Origin: Sumerlaeia bacterium
GTDB taxonomy: Bacteria > Sumerlaeota > Sumerlaeia > SLMS01 > JAHLLQ01
DNA length: 64,000 nt
Reading direction: 5' to 3'
NCBI GenBank assembly: GCA_040219255.1
Contig: JAVJSW010000046.1
Coordinates: forward strand, 96,001 to 160,000
This document shows, in pieces, positions 18,896-28,556 of this stretch; the stretch's first letter is position 1, and each line of letters begins with the position of its first letter. A model generated the notes under the pieces. It had not been told where the DNA came from. It made no database searches and saw only the letters and a program-made list of their open reading frames with translations. Made by a program: the position numbers and the translations under genes.

Positions 18896-19789
18896 ATGGC
18901 GATGATTCCCGGCGTATTGCGAAACCGCCTCTTTCCCCTCCGCGAAGCGGTCAGGCCCGCCTCCGGAGGCCGCGCCATGCCGGGCCGCAGCCATCGCGAT
19001 CCCGTGCCCCGCGATCTTGGCCCAAGGCTCCTCCATTACCTTCGGAAAATTCCCGCCGGTCTCCCACTCCTGATGGCGCTCGCCTGCATCGCCGTCGTGG
19101 TCGCCGTGTTCGTACAGTTTGTCCAGTCCTCGGGTTACTTCCTGGCGCAGGACTACGAAGTCATCGGCGCCGACCGCGTCGCCAGCGCCGACGTCATCGA
19201 ACTCATCACGCGGGGCGAACCCCTCCACCTCTTCCAAATGAACGTGCCGGCGGCTCAGGCCCGGCTGGCCAGCCACCCCGCCATCCACCACGCGGAAATC
19301 CGCCGCGCCTGGCCCAACCGTCTCGACGTCATGATCGAGGAACGGCAGCCACAGGCTCTCCTCCTCAGCGATGGGGAAAACTTGCTTGTCGACGGCGAAG
19401 GTGTGATCCTCGGCCGCGCCACGCCGGACGACCTGCTTCGGAGCAATCTGCCGCTCCTCACTGGGCCCTTGGGCAAGCGCTACGAACCGGGCGGCGAACT
19501 CGAGCCCCCTTTCCGCCGCGCGGCCTTCTCCTACATCGGTGCGCTCGACTCGGGCCTTTTTCCCGCCCTTCTGGCCGAACTCCATTGGGAACCGGGCACC
19601 GGCGTCACGCTCTACACCGAGGCCGGAACCCAACTCCTCTGCGGGCACCTGGAACCGGGCGAGGCGCTGGCCAAGGCGGAAGCGCTCTCGCGAGCCCGAA
19701 ATGGACTTGACGGTGTTGGCGCCGCCGACCTCCGAATAGCCGACCATCTTCCGTGGAGCCCCCAGGCGGTGCTCGTAACTTCGCGATAG
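18896..19789 (+). CDS. ftsQ: Cell division protein FtsQ/DivIB (start uncertain)
   Basis: Single TM, POTRA domain ending RRAWPNRLDVMIEERQP, C-terminal DLR; directly before ftsA. Confidence 0.85.
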   Translation: MAMIPGVLRNRLFPLREAVRPASGGRAMPGRSHRDPVPRDLGPRLLHYLRKIPAGLPLLMALACIAVVVAVFVQFVQSSGYFLAQDYEVIGADRVASADVIELITRGEPLHLFQMNVPAAQARLASHPAIHHAEIRRAWPNRLDVMIEERQPQALLLSDGENLLVDGEGVILGRATPDDLLRSNLPLLTGPLGKRYEPGGELEPPFRRAAFSYIGALDSGLFPALLAELHWEPGTGVTLYTEAGTQLLCGHLEPGEALAKAEALSRARNGLDGVGAADLRIADHLPWSPQAVLVTSR

Positions 19790-19878
19790 CCGCGTTCCCG
19801 CAGCGCCGCGGCGGGTGGCTTCGCTAGCTGCTTCCCACTGCTCCCATTCCCCCCGTTCCCGCAGGAGTCCCGCTGTCC

Positions 19879-21240
19879 ATGTCCCGCTCGCCCTCCGAAT
19901 TTGGTTCTTCCGACGCCCAACCGATCGCCGTTTCCCTCGGAAAATCGATCGATTTGCCCATTCTTCCGGCCGACTCCCTCGCTCCGCGCGCGCCCGGTGC
20001 CATCGACTTTCAGCCCCCCAAGAAAACCCGCCTCTTCACCGGGCTCGACATCGGCACCACGAAAGTCTGCGCCATCATCGGCGAGATCGACCCCAGCGGC
20101 CAGACCACAGTCAAGGGCCTCGCCAGCACGCCCAGCCAAGGCCTTCAGCGCGGCGTCGTCATGAATCTCGACGAGACGATCCACTCGATCCGCTCAGCCA
20201 TTCAGCACGCCGAAGAAATCGCCCGCGTCAGCGTCCGCGACGTCCTCGTCGGCATCGCCGGCAGCCACATCCAGACCCACAACGTCCTGCACACCATCAA
20301 GATTCAGAACCCCGAGCGCGGCATCAGCAAGAGCGACGTCAAGAAAGTCGTCGACCGGGCCGTGGCCAGTGTTGCCAGCGCCGACCGCGAAGTCGTCCAG
20401 GTCGTCACCCAGCGGTTCCTCATCGACGACGGTGAAGTCTCGCGCCCCGTCGGAGTCTCCAGCCACGAACTCTCCGTCGAGGTCCTCGTGGTCACCGCCG
20501 CCATGTCCAGCGCCCAGAACATCGTGCGCGCCGTCAAGCAGGCGGGCTATCACACCAGTGGCATCTACCTCGAACCGCTCGCGTCGTCCCTCGCCGTCCT
20601 CACACCCGAGGAGCGCAACCTCGGCGTCCTCGTCGTGGACATCGGCGGCGGCACCTCCGACATCGCCCTGTGGGCCCACGGGGCGGTGCGGTTCACGGGC
20701 AGCGTCCCCTTCGGCGGCGACAGCATCACCGAGGATATTTCGAGCGTCCTGAAGATCAGCCGCTACGACGCCGAGAATCTGAAAAAGCGCTTTGGAGGTT
20801 GCGATCTGGACTCGCCGAACCTGGACCAGGAAATCGAGGTCCCCCTCGCCGTCACCGGCGCCATGACCAAGGTCAACCGCCGCCTGCTCTGCGAAATCAT
20901 CGAGTCGCGCCTCGCGGAGATCATGGAGCTGTGCGTCGAGAACTGCCGCCGCTCGCGCTACTTCGACCCGAACAACCTGGGCGGAATCATTCTCACGGGC
21001 GGCGCGGCGCTTACCGATGGCCTCGCCGGCCTGGGTGAACGGACCTTCCAATTGCCCTGCAAAGTCGGCGTCCCCATGGGCCTCAAGGGCCTCGCCAGCA
21101 TCGCCGATTCGCCGATCTACTCCACCGGCGTCGGCCTCGTTCGCTACGGTCTCAAGCACGAGCACGACCTCGATTTCAGCGAGGCCAACCTCTTCTCGCG
21201 GCTTATGGGCTTCTTCAAACGCTCGATCGAGTGGTATTGA
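19879..21240 (+). CDS. ftsA: Cell division protein FtsA
   Basis: GLDIGTTKV, VDIGGGTSD, GG..IT.DI, AE.LK, ILTGG.A, C-terminal amphipathic helix LFSRLMGFFK. Confidence 0.97.
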   Translation: MSRSPSEFGSSDAQPIAVSLGKSIDLPILPADSLAPRAPGAIDFQPPKKTRLFTGLDIGTTKVCAIIGEIDPSGQTTVKGLASTPSQGLQRGVVMNLDETIHSIRSAIQHAEEIARVSVRDVLVGIAGSHIQTHNVLHTIKIQNPERGISKSDVKKVVDRAVASVASADREVVQVVTQRFLIDDGEVSRPVGVSSHELSVEVLVVTAAMSSAQNIVRAVKQAGYHTSGIYLEPLASSLAVLTPEERNLGVLVVDIGGGTSDIALWAHGAVRFTGSVPFGGDSITEDISSVLKISRYDAENLKKRFGGCDLDSPNLDQEIEVPLAVTGAMTKVNRRLLCEIIESRLAEIMELCVENCRRSRYFDPNNLGGIILTGGAALTDGLAGLGERTFQLPCKVGVPMGLKGLASIADSPIYSTGVGLVRYGLKHEHDLDFSEANLFSRLMGFFKRSIEWY

Positions 21241-21276
21241 GGCCGTTCAACTTACGGGGTTCAACGTCGCGGGTTC

Positions 21277-22701
21277 TCACTCCTTTGTCCGCGTCGGCTC
21301 GAACAACACCTGCTCGATCACCCATTCTTCGCCCTGCTTGCGCAGGGTCAGCACCGCTTCCATGAACATGTCGCCATTCTCGCCTTTCAGGTCCACGTTG
21401 GCCTGGCGGACTTCCGCGTGCGAACCGGAAACCTGCGGCACGGCGGTGGTGAACTTGCTGGCCAACTCCTCGTTTTCCATACGGCGGATGTCGGCCAGGA
21501 GCATATCGGTGTGCATTACGCCGCCGCCGCTGGCGTAGGTTTTCGCTTCGTCCGCGTCGCCGTCTATCAGCGCGTCGAAGTACAGGTTGACCACACCGTA
21601 GGGCGTTCCGGTGGTGTTGGTTGGAATGACGAGTTTCTTCACATTGAGAATCACCACGATAAGGAGAATCACCGAGGCTAGGGCGATGCCGCCCTTGATG
21701 AGCAAACCACGGTTTTCGTAGAGCTTCTGCTGCGCGGGCGAGCGCCCCTCGGCAGCCCGTGCCGCCAGGACTTCCGTGGCGTCTTCGTCCGCCTCCTTCT
21801 TCGCATAGCGGTCCGCCGCCAGCCGCGTCATTTTCGGATCCGGGTATTGGCCGTTGCGGGGCGTGATGCCGCCCTCCAGGATCGTGACCAGCCGTTTGAA
21901 CGGAACGGCGTTGCGCAGCGCCTGGGTCTTGCGCGGCAGTTCGAAATTTCCCGCGGCGCATTCCGCCCAGATCCAACTGATCGCGTACACGTCGGCGTGA
22001 ACTTCGTCCGGGGCTTTGGCGGCCGCCAGCTCCGGCGCGGTATAACGCCCGCCGCCCAGCAGCGCTGCCTCCCGGGACACGCCGGGTGCCACCGGGATCA
22101 GGCGCCAGCGATTCTCCGCGTCCGCCGGACCGACCTTCGAGGGATCTTCCACGATGGTCAGCGGCGTCAGGTTCACCGGCCCCAGCCCATGGCTCAGCGC
22201 GTCGTAGGACGCCTTGGCGGCACTTTGCGCCATGCGAGCTTCCTTCTTGAGGGAAAACGTCTTGGCCGCCTGCGCTTCCAATTCCCCGGCCTGGCCCTTC
22301 AGCCCCTTCGCCTCCGCGCCCTTCAGCGTGTTCGCCTGGGCCTTCAGGCCCGCCGCCTTGGCCTTTAGATTCATCGCTTCTTCGGCCAGAGACTTGACGA
22401 TCGGACCGCCCGGATCCTCCACCAGAAGATGCGGAACCTCGGCGTCGCCGTGCATCGCCCGGATGTTCAGCAGGCCCGGCGCGGAGAAGGTTTCCGCCAG
22501 CACTTTCCACCGTTCCAGATGGGGCGCCGCTTCCGCGTAAAGCCGCCGCCCCGCCTCGGTGGCGTAAACGACCAGGAACGCCGGGTCCGCCTCCTTGAGC
22601 TGGCCGCGCCAGATTTCGCCCCAGGCCTCGGCCAGGACCAGAGTCTCCGGCACAAAGCCGTCCGGTCCCCAGGCTTCTCCCGCTTTCAGAAAGCTTGTCA
22701 T
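21277..22701 (-). CDS. Membrane-anchored Ser/Thr kinase-like pseudokinase with C-terminal extracytoplasmic domain (paralog A)
   Basis: Degenerate kinase subdomains (WGEIWRG, HLLVE, PVNLTP, YTAPE, ADVYAI), TM at IALASVILLIVVIL, C-terminal alpha/beta domain ending GEEWVIEQV; GGAG RBS before ATG 22701. Confidence 0.7.
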   Translation of the reverse strand: MTSFLKAGEAWGPDGFVPETLVLAEAWGEIWRGQLKEADPAFLVVYATEAGRRLYAEAAPHLERWKVLAETFSAPGLLNIRAMHGDAEVPHLLVEDPGGPIVKSLAEEAMNLKAKAAGLKAQANTLKGAEAKGLKGQAGELEAQAAKTFSLKKEARMAQSAAKASYDALSHGLGPVNLTPLTIVEDPSKVGPADAENRWRLIPVAPGVSREAALLGGGRYTAPELAAAKAPDEVHADVYAISWIWAECAAGNFELPRKTQALRNAVPFKRLVTILEGGITPRNGQYPDPKMTRLAADRYAKKEADEDATEVLAARAAEGRSPAQQKLYENRGLLIKGGIALASVILLIVVILNVKKLVIPTNTTGTPYGVVNLYFDALIDGDADEAKTYASGGGVMHTDMLLADIRRMENEELASKFTTAVPQVSGSHAEVRQANVDLKGENGDMFMEAVLTLRKQGEEWVIEQVLFEPTRTKE

Positions 22702-22799
22702 CGTGGCACGCTCCGTCTGGATTACCGGGCCAAAGCCCGCCGATTTTCCGAATCGCGTGCAAATTGCCATGAAGGAGCAAGCGGCACAAGCCAGTTCCG

Positions 22800-24170
22800 C
22801 TAATTGGCCGCCGGGCTCGAACTCACCCTCGAAACCTTGTAAGTTCCGTCGCCCTGCTTCTCAAGTCCCACGCGCACCGATAGAACCTTCTTGCCCGCCG
22901 CATCGCGCAGCAAGCCTTGCCCTTCGTAGAAGTCGCCCTTCTTTTCCGCGACGATCGGGCTAAAGGCCCCCCGCTTGGCCATCTTGCCCGACGATTCCAT
23001 CTCGGTGATATGTTTCAGCAGATCGGTGGTGTCCTGCTGCGCATTGCCGACCGCCATCTTGGCGGCGCCGCTGCCGCTGCCTTTCAGGACCGCCGAGAAA
23101 TACCGGTCCGCCGCGCCGATGGGAGATTGCAGCGCCGTGCTCGGAGCCGTCTTGTCCGTGTAGATCTTCGCGCCCACCAGCCCTCCCGCTGTCAGCAGGA
23201 TGGTCAGCAAGATCGTCCCCACCAAGGTCAGAATCTGCTTCTTGCCCATCTTCTTCTCATAGGACTTGCCGAGCGTCTTTTTCTTGATGGCCTCGACGGA
23301 AACCGGCGCGGGAGCCTTCTTTCCGGTGCGCTTCTTATAGTCGGCGGTCAGTTCCTTGCGCCACTTCTTGACGTCCTTGTCCGCCTCATTGCGCAGCCAC
23401 CGCTTGAGCCCGCCCTCCACCACGGCCGGTTCCAGGCAACGGCCACTGCGCAACGCCAAGCCGTTGGCCAAGTGTTTGCCCAACAGCGGCGCCGGAATCG
23501 TTTGCTCGAAAGACGCGGCGGAAATCTCCAGGTCCCAGTTGCGCATCAGCGCCTGCGCGGACACCGCCACCAGCGACCACGTGTCCGGATGCAGCATCCG
23601 CGGATCGCAGGTCTGGTCCTGCAACGGTGGCGGGCTGTAGCGCCCGCCCGCCAGGTAAAGGGCCTGCATCGCATTCGACGGTGCCACGGGCAGCACGCGG
23701 AATGGGTGCGTCCTGTTCTCGGCCCCGCAGTAAAACAGGGTGTCGGGCGTCACGCCGATGGGCTGCAAGTCCAGCAACTCCACCTCCGCGAGCGCCTTGA
23801 GCGTCTTCACCAGATCGTAGATAAAATCCTGCGGATCGTAGAAGAAACTCTCGTCCGCCATGGCCTGCCGCAGCGTCGGCGCCCGCTGATCTTCTGCCAG
23901 GACGTAGGGGATGGCCGAGTCGGGCGAAACGTGCAGGATCGGGATCAGCATCGGGGCGCTGAAGTTCCCGCGCTCCTTCCACCGATCCAGGTGTGGCCGG
24001 CTCTTCTCGAAAATCCTCAGCCCCTCGGTGGTCGTGTAGGCGATGAACAGCACCTGGCCGAGGCGCTCGTGCGTGGCTTTCCAGACCTCGCCCCAGGCGT
24101 CCTCGAAAATCAGCTCGTGTGTGGTGATTCCCTGATCGGGCACTTCCCGGCCCGGCTGGCACATGGGCAT
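22800..24170 (-). CDS. Membrane-anchored Ser/Thr kinase-like pseudokinase (paralog B)
   Basis: WGEVWKA, YVLAE, PIGVTPD, GGRYSPP, PDTWSL; TM; C-terminal domain ending GTYKVSRV; alignable by eye to the downstream paralog. Confidence 0.7.
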   Translation of the reverse strand: MPMCQPGREVPDQGITTHELIFEDAWGEVWKATHERLGQVLFIAYTTTEGLRIFEKSRPHLDRWKERGNFSAPMLIPILHVSPDSAIPYVLAEDQRAPTLRQAMADESFFYDPQDFIYDLVKTLKALAEVELLDLQPIGVTPDTLFYCGAENRTHPFRVLPVAPSNAMQALYLAGGRYSPPPLQDQTCDPRMLHPDTWSLVAVSAQALMRNWDLEISAASFEQTIPAPLLGKHLANGLALRSGRCLEPAVVEGGLKRWLRNEADKDVKKWRKELTADYKKRTGKKAPAPVSVEAIKKKTLGKSYEKKMGKKQILTLVGTILLTILLTAGGLVGAKIYTDKTAPSTALQSPIGAADRYFSAVLKGSGSGAAKMAVGNAQQDTTDLLKHITEMESSGKMAKRGAFSPIVAEKKGDFYEGQGLLRDAAGKKVLSVRVGLEKQGDGTYKVSRVSSSPAAN

Positions 24171-24363
24171 AATGTTCGAGGCCTCTCCTGAATCCGCGAC
24201 TTCCTGACCGCATCAGCCCAAAGCCTCCGCCACGGCGCAAGATCAAGCGTGAAGTATTGCAGCCTTTTCCATTGGGGGGAAAAACGCGCCGGGATTTCAG
24301 ACTCTACCTGCGGAAGTGGAGCGATATTCACCGCTCGCCGCGCCTCCATGGCGGACTCCGATC

Positions 24364-26208
24364 CTACCCTTTGTTCCCGAGCCGCCGGTCCAGATCGAAC
24401 GCCGCGCTGATCAGCCCGAGGTGCGTGAAGGCTTGCGGGAAGTTCCCAAGGTGCTCGCCGCTCCGGCCCAACTCCTCCGCATACAGCCCCAGGTGGTTCG
24501 CATACCCCTGCATTTTCTCAAAGTAGAAGCGCGCTTTTTCCACGTCGCCGGCCCGCGAGAGGCATTCCACGAACCAGAAGCTGCACATGGAAAACGTCCC
24601 TTCCGTCCCGTGCAGCCCGTCCGGGCTGTGCAGGTTGTGGTAACGATACACCAGCGAATCGTCCACCAACTGCTTTTCGACCGCCTTCATGTGCGAAAGC
24701 CACCGCGGATCCTTGGGGCTGATGAACTTGATCAGTGGCATCAGGAGCGAGGCGGCGTCCAGCGCGTCCGAGCCTTCGAACTGCATGAAGGCCCCCACCT
24801 GTGGGTTCCAGAACTTCTCGAACACATCGAAGTACATGCGGTCGCGGGCCTTCATCCATCGGTCCATCGGTGCCGGCAGCGAGCGTTTCAGCGCCAGCCG
24901 AATCCCGCGATCCACCGCCACCCAGCACATCACGCGCGAGAACAGGAACTTCTGCCGTCCGCCACGCACTTCCCAGATGCCCTCGTCCGGCTGATCGTAA
25001 TTCTCGCAAACCCAATCGATCAGCTTCCTCAGGTTCATCCACAGATCGTATGAGATCGGCTCGGCGAACTTGTCGTACATATAGACCGAATCCATCAGCT
25101 CGCCATAGATGTCGAGCTGGAGCTGATCGTAGGCCCCGTTGCCGACCCGCACCGGCCGCGAGCCCCGATAGCCTTCCAGGTGCGACAGGTCCTCCTCCTT
25201 CAAATCATGGCGGCCGTCGATGCCGTACATGATGTTGAGCGACCGGCCATCGGCCAGCTCGCGGCAGCGGGCCTCCATCCACCCCATAAAGTTCTCCGCT
25301 TCCTTTGTGTAACCCAGGCGGATCAGAGCGTAGAGCGTGAACGACGCGTCGCGAATCCAAGTGTAGCGGTAGTCCCAATTGCGCGATCCGCCGATTTCCT
25401 CCGGCAGCCCGAAAGTCGGCGCCGCCACGATGGAGCCGTGGGGCTCGGAGACCAGCAGCTTCAGCGTCAGCGCCGAGCGCTCCATCATGTCGTGCCAGCG
25501 GCCCGAGTACTTCATGCGCGACAGCCACGATCGCCAATAGTTCACCGTTTGCTTGAAGGAACTGGAGACAAAATCCTCCGAGGTGGAGGGCGAGTCGGCG
25601 CATTCGTCGCCGAGCGCTTCCATTACGAAGGCGACGTTTTCTCCGGCGCAGAGGCGGAATTCGGCACACGCCGCGCCCTCCTTCAAAGTGATAGGAACCC
25701 CGTCCTCGCAGCCGGAAAAGATCCTCAGGCGCAACGCGGTGCGGTCCGGCCCGCGCGAGAGGAAGTGGAACTCGCTGTCCGAAATCTGGCGAATCTCATG
25801 ATCCGCCCGGGCGTAATCGAACCGCGGCGCGAAGACCATCCGGAACACGATTTCTCCCCGCACGCACTTCGCCCGCCGCACCAGATCGTTTTTCGGACAG
25901 GTCTCGGTGATCGGCATGAAGTCGGAAACCTCGCCCACCCCATCGTGCGACAGAAACCGCGTCAGCAGGATGTTGGATTCCGGCAAGTAGATTTGCTTAT
26001 GATTCGCATCGTTCAGCAGTGGCGCCACAAGAAACCGCCCGCCCTTTTTTCGGTCCAGCAGCGACGCGAAAATCGTCGGCGAATCGAATCGGGGGAAGCA
26101 CATGAAGTCGATGGAGCCATCCATTCCCACTAAAGCCACCGTGTTCAAATCGCCCACGACTCCGTAGTTCGCGATCGGCTGATAGTCCTCTTGAATCGGC
26201 AGGGGCAT
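24364..26208 (-). CDS. Glycoside hydrolase family 15 (glucoamylase/trehalase-like)
   Basis: AAPTFGLPE..GG.RNWDYRYTWIRD, QLDIYGE, DEGIWEVRG, EG.F..CSFW, GNFPQAFTH. Confidence 0.95.
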   Translation of the reverse strand: MPLPIQEDYQPIANYGVVGDLNTVALVGMDGSIDFMCFPRFDSPTIFASLLDRKKGGRFLVAPLLNDANHKQIYLPESNILLTRFLSHDGVGEVSDFMPITETCPKNDLVRRAKCVRGEIVFRMVFAPRFDYARADHEIRQISDSEFHFLSRGPDRTALRLRIFSGCEDGVPITLKEGAACAEFRLCAGENVAFVMEALGDECADSPSTSEDFVSSSFKQTVNYWRSWLSRMKYSGRWHDMMERSALTLKLLVSEPHGSIVAAPTFGLPEEIGGSRNWDYRYTWIRDASFTLYALIRLGYTKEAENFMGWMEARCRELADGRSLNIMYGIDGRHDLKEEDLSHLEGYRGSRPVRVGNGAYDQLQLDIYGELMDSVYMYDKFAEPISYDLWMNLRKLIDWVCENYDQPDEGIWEVRGGRQKFLFSRVMCWVAVDRGIRLALKRSLPAPMDRWMKARDRMYFDVFEKFWNPQVGAFMQFEGSDALDAASLLMPLIKFISPKDPRWLSHMKAVEKQLVDDSLVYRYHNLHSPDGLHGTEGTFSMCSFWFVECLSRAGDVEKARFYFEKMQGYANHLGLYAEELGRSGEHLGNFPQAFTHLGLISAAFDLDRRLGNKG

Positions 26209-26282
26209 AAAGGCGTCCTCTCCTGGGGGGCCGTGAGTCGATCGTTCAGGTCAGCCAATTGAAACGAAAAGGATGCCTGAGT

Positions 26283-28511
26283 CTATTCAGCCTGCCGGTC
26301 CACCGCCGCTAGGTCCACCACAAAGACCCCATCGCGCGGCCGGAAAACCACCCCCGTCAGGAGTCGCTCGACCAGCGCCCGGTATCGCGGCCAGAGGGCG
26401 TCGGGGAATCGGGGCTTGAAGAACATGTCCTCGTAGAGGGCCAGCTCCGCGTAATTGATCAGCACGTATCGGATGCCGCGCTTTCGCCAGTTTTCCAGCA
26501 GCGCCGCGTTCGAATCCGCCGCCTCCAACTCGACCAGGATACGGGGCCGGTCGAACCAGTCGGACAGGATCACCGGATAATCCGCGTAAAGGCCCCGATG
26601 CTCGCCGATATAAAAAACCTTCTCGCCCGGCTCCACTTCCGCGTTCAGCCATTGCACTGCGGTGTAGGCGTTGAAGCGGCTTGCCAGCACCGTTTCCTCG
26701 CCGATCAGCCCCAGTCCCGCCGCCACCGGCCGCGATGGCGCCCGGAACAGCGTGTAGGCGCCATGCCAGGCCATTCCTCCGATCGCCAGCGCCACCACCG
26801 ATCCCGCCGCCGTCCGGCGAAGCCAGCGGCCCGTGGGCTGCACCGCGAATCCCAGCGCCGCCACCCCCAGCACCGCCACCAGCGCCAGCGGCAGCATGCC
26901 GAAACGCACGCTCTGATACGTCAGGAACCAGAACGCCCAGCTTCCGAACAATAAAAGCCCAAGCATCAGCGCCAGCACCCTCCTCTCGCGACCCCGGCCC
27001 TTGGCGAGCAGCGCCAGCGCGAAGAGCGCCGCCGGCAGCAGCGCCAGCAGCACCGGCCCCGGATTGTGGGCCTCGAACGCCACCCAGTTCCACGACGCCT
27101 CGAACGGCGCCCGGATCAGATCGCCCGGCAACCCATGTCCTACGCCCTTGTCGGCGAGGCGCCCCTTGTAGAAGGCGTCCGTCGCCGCATCCCACTCCGG
27201 TCCCCCGAACAATCCGTAACCCGCCGGATAGACTGGGTTGCGATGATAAATCCAGTTCCGCACAAACCAGGACATCGGTACCAAAGCCGCCGGCAACGAA
27301 AACCGCACCGCGTCCAACAAGACCGTCTTCCAGTTCCAACCACTCCCCTTCCCCCGCTCCCAAGCCTGGACGTGGCTGGCCGCACGTTGCACGCCCCCCA
27401 CCACGACGATCGTCCCCAGCATGCCTCCGGTGACTACCGCCGTCAGCTTTGTCCCGACCGCCGCCCCGGCGAACAGGCCCGCCAGTATGACCCGGTCGCG
27501 GCGGCACCGCAGGCTGCCGGGCGCCAACGCCCAGACCGCCGCAAGCGTGAACGCCAGCGTACTCAGGTCCACGAACGGCCACGCCGCCAGCACCAGCACC
27601 ACCGGCGCCGAAACCGCCATCACACCCGCCAGTGCGGGCCACGGCCCGGCTTCCAGCGGACCTTCCGCGCGCCGCTGTCCGGCCCACAGTTGCCTCAGCA
27701 CCACCCGTCCCAGCGCCGCGCAGAGCACCGCCACCACCGGCAGGTAACTCCAGTGCAGCAGTTGACTCGCCCGCGCTCCGCCCAGCGGCATTGCCGTCAT
27801 GTACAGCATGTTTGTCTGGAACGGCAAATTCGTGAAGGAGTTGTAGGGGAGCGCCGCCAGCGAACCCTGCTTCAGGAACTCCTGGATGCCGAAGAGGTGG
27901 TAGCGCAGCCCATCGCTCTCGACCGCCGGAGCGAGTGCCGCGATGAACGCGATCGTCACGGATGGCACCGCCAGCCACCACGGCCAGCGCGCCCCCGGCC
28001 GCGCCGCGCCGCTTTCCGATTTCCAGTACCTCCAGAGCCCCGGCGCGAAGACCGCTCCGCCCAGCACCACCAGCAACCCCCACGGCAGCAGCCCCACCGC
28101 CCCCGCCGCGAACGCCAGAAGCGCCACCGCCACGTGGCCCGTCAGCAGGCAAACGGCCAAGCCCTTCGCCCGGCCCAGGCCCCGCAGATCGAGCCCCCAT
28201 CCCGCCAACCCATGGCCCCAGCAAACCGCCAGGGCCGAGAGCAAACCCGCCGCCAAGACCGCCCGGGCCTGTGCCACCGGCACTTCCGGTTCGTACACCG
28301 GCAGGAACGGGCCGAGGTTTCGCCAGGGCATGTCCCAGCCCTCCGCCAGCCACATCAGGCAGCCCGCCGCCGCGGCCGCCAGCAATAAACCCGGCGGCAC
28401 CCACCGCCCAGCATCAGTTCTCAACGCGGTTCGCTCCTTACAAAAGGTTTCCGCAACGAAACGGCGGGATTGGAGTTGCGACGCCCGGCATGCCACGCGA
28501 TAACTCGCCAT
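26283..28511 (-). CDS. Polytopic membrane protein, GT-C (ArnT/PMT-like) glycosyltransferase; start uncertain
   Basis: Many TM helices; SDGLRYHL, N.P, VDL, GTK, W..RNW...NPVYP, Q..RF motifs typical of GT-C-like proteins. Confidence 0.75.
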   Translation of the reverse strand: MASYRVACRASQLQSRRFVAETFCKERTALRTDAGRWVPPGLLLAAAAAGCLMWLAEGWDMPWRNLGPFLPVYEPEVPVAQARAVLAAGLLSALAVCWGHGLAGWGLDLRGLGRAKGLAVCLLTGHVAVALLAFAAGAVGLLPWGLLVVLGGAVFAPGLWRYWKSESGAARPGARWPWWLAVPSVTIAFIAALAPAVESDGLRYHLFGIQEFLKQGSLAALPYNSFTNLPFQTNMLYMTAMPLGGARASQLLHWSYLPVVAVLCAALGRVVLRQLWAGQRRAEGPLEAGPWPALAGVMAVSAPVVLVLAAWPFVDLSTLAFTLAAVWALAPGSLRCRRDRVILAGLFAGAAVGTKLTAVVTGGMLGTIVVVGGVQRAASHVQAWERGKGSGWNWKTVLLDAVRFSLPAALVPMSWFVRNWIYHRNPVYPAGYGLFGGPEWDAATDAFYKGRLADKGVGHGLPGDLIRAPFEASWNWVAFEAHNPGPVLLALLPAALFALALLAKGRGRERRVLALMLGLLLFGSWAFWFLTYQSVRFGMLPLALVAVLGVAALGFAVQPTGRWLRRTAAGSVVALAIGGMAWHGAYTLFRAPSRPVAAGLGLIGEETVLASRFNAYTAVQWLNAEVEPGEKVFYIGEHRGLYADYPVILSDWFDRPRILVELEAADSNAALLENWRKRGIRYVLINYAELALYEDMFFKPRFPDALWPRYRALVERLLTGVVFRPRDGVFVVDLAAVDRQAE

Positions 28512-28556
28512 GGACTGTTTCGCGGATCGCGAAGCCGACAACCGGACCAGGAACTC

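Noticed and set aside
21245-21276. Short direct repeats GTTCAAC between ftsA and the pseudokinase
   Set aside because: Only two 7-bp copies; could arise by chance
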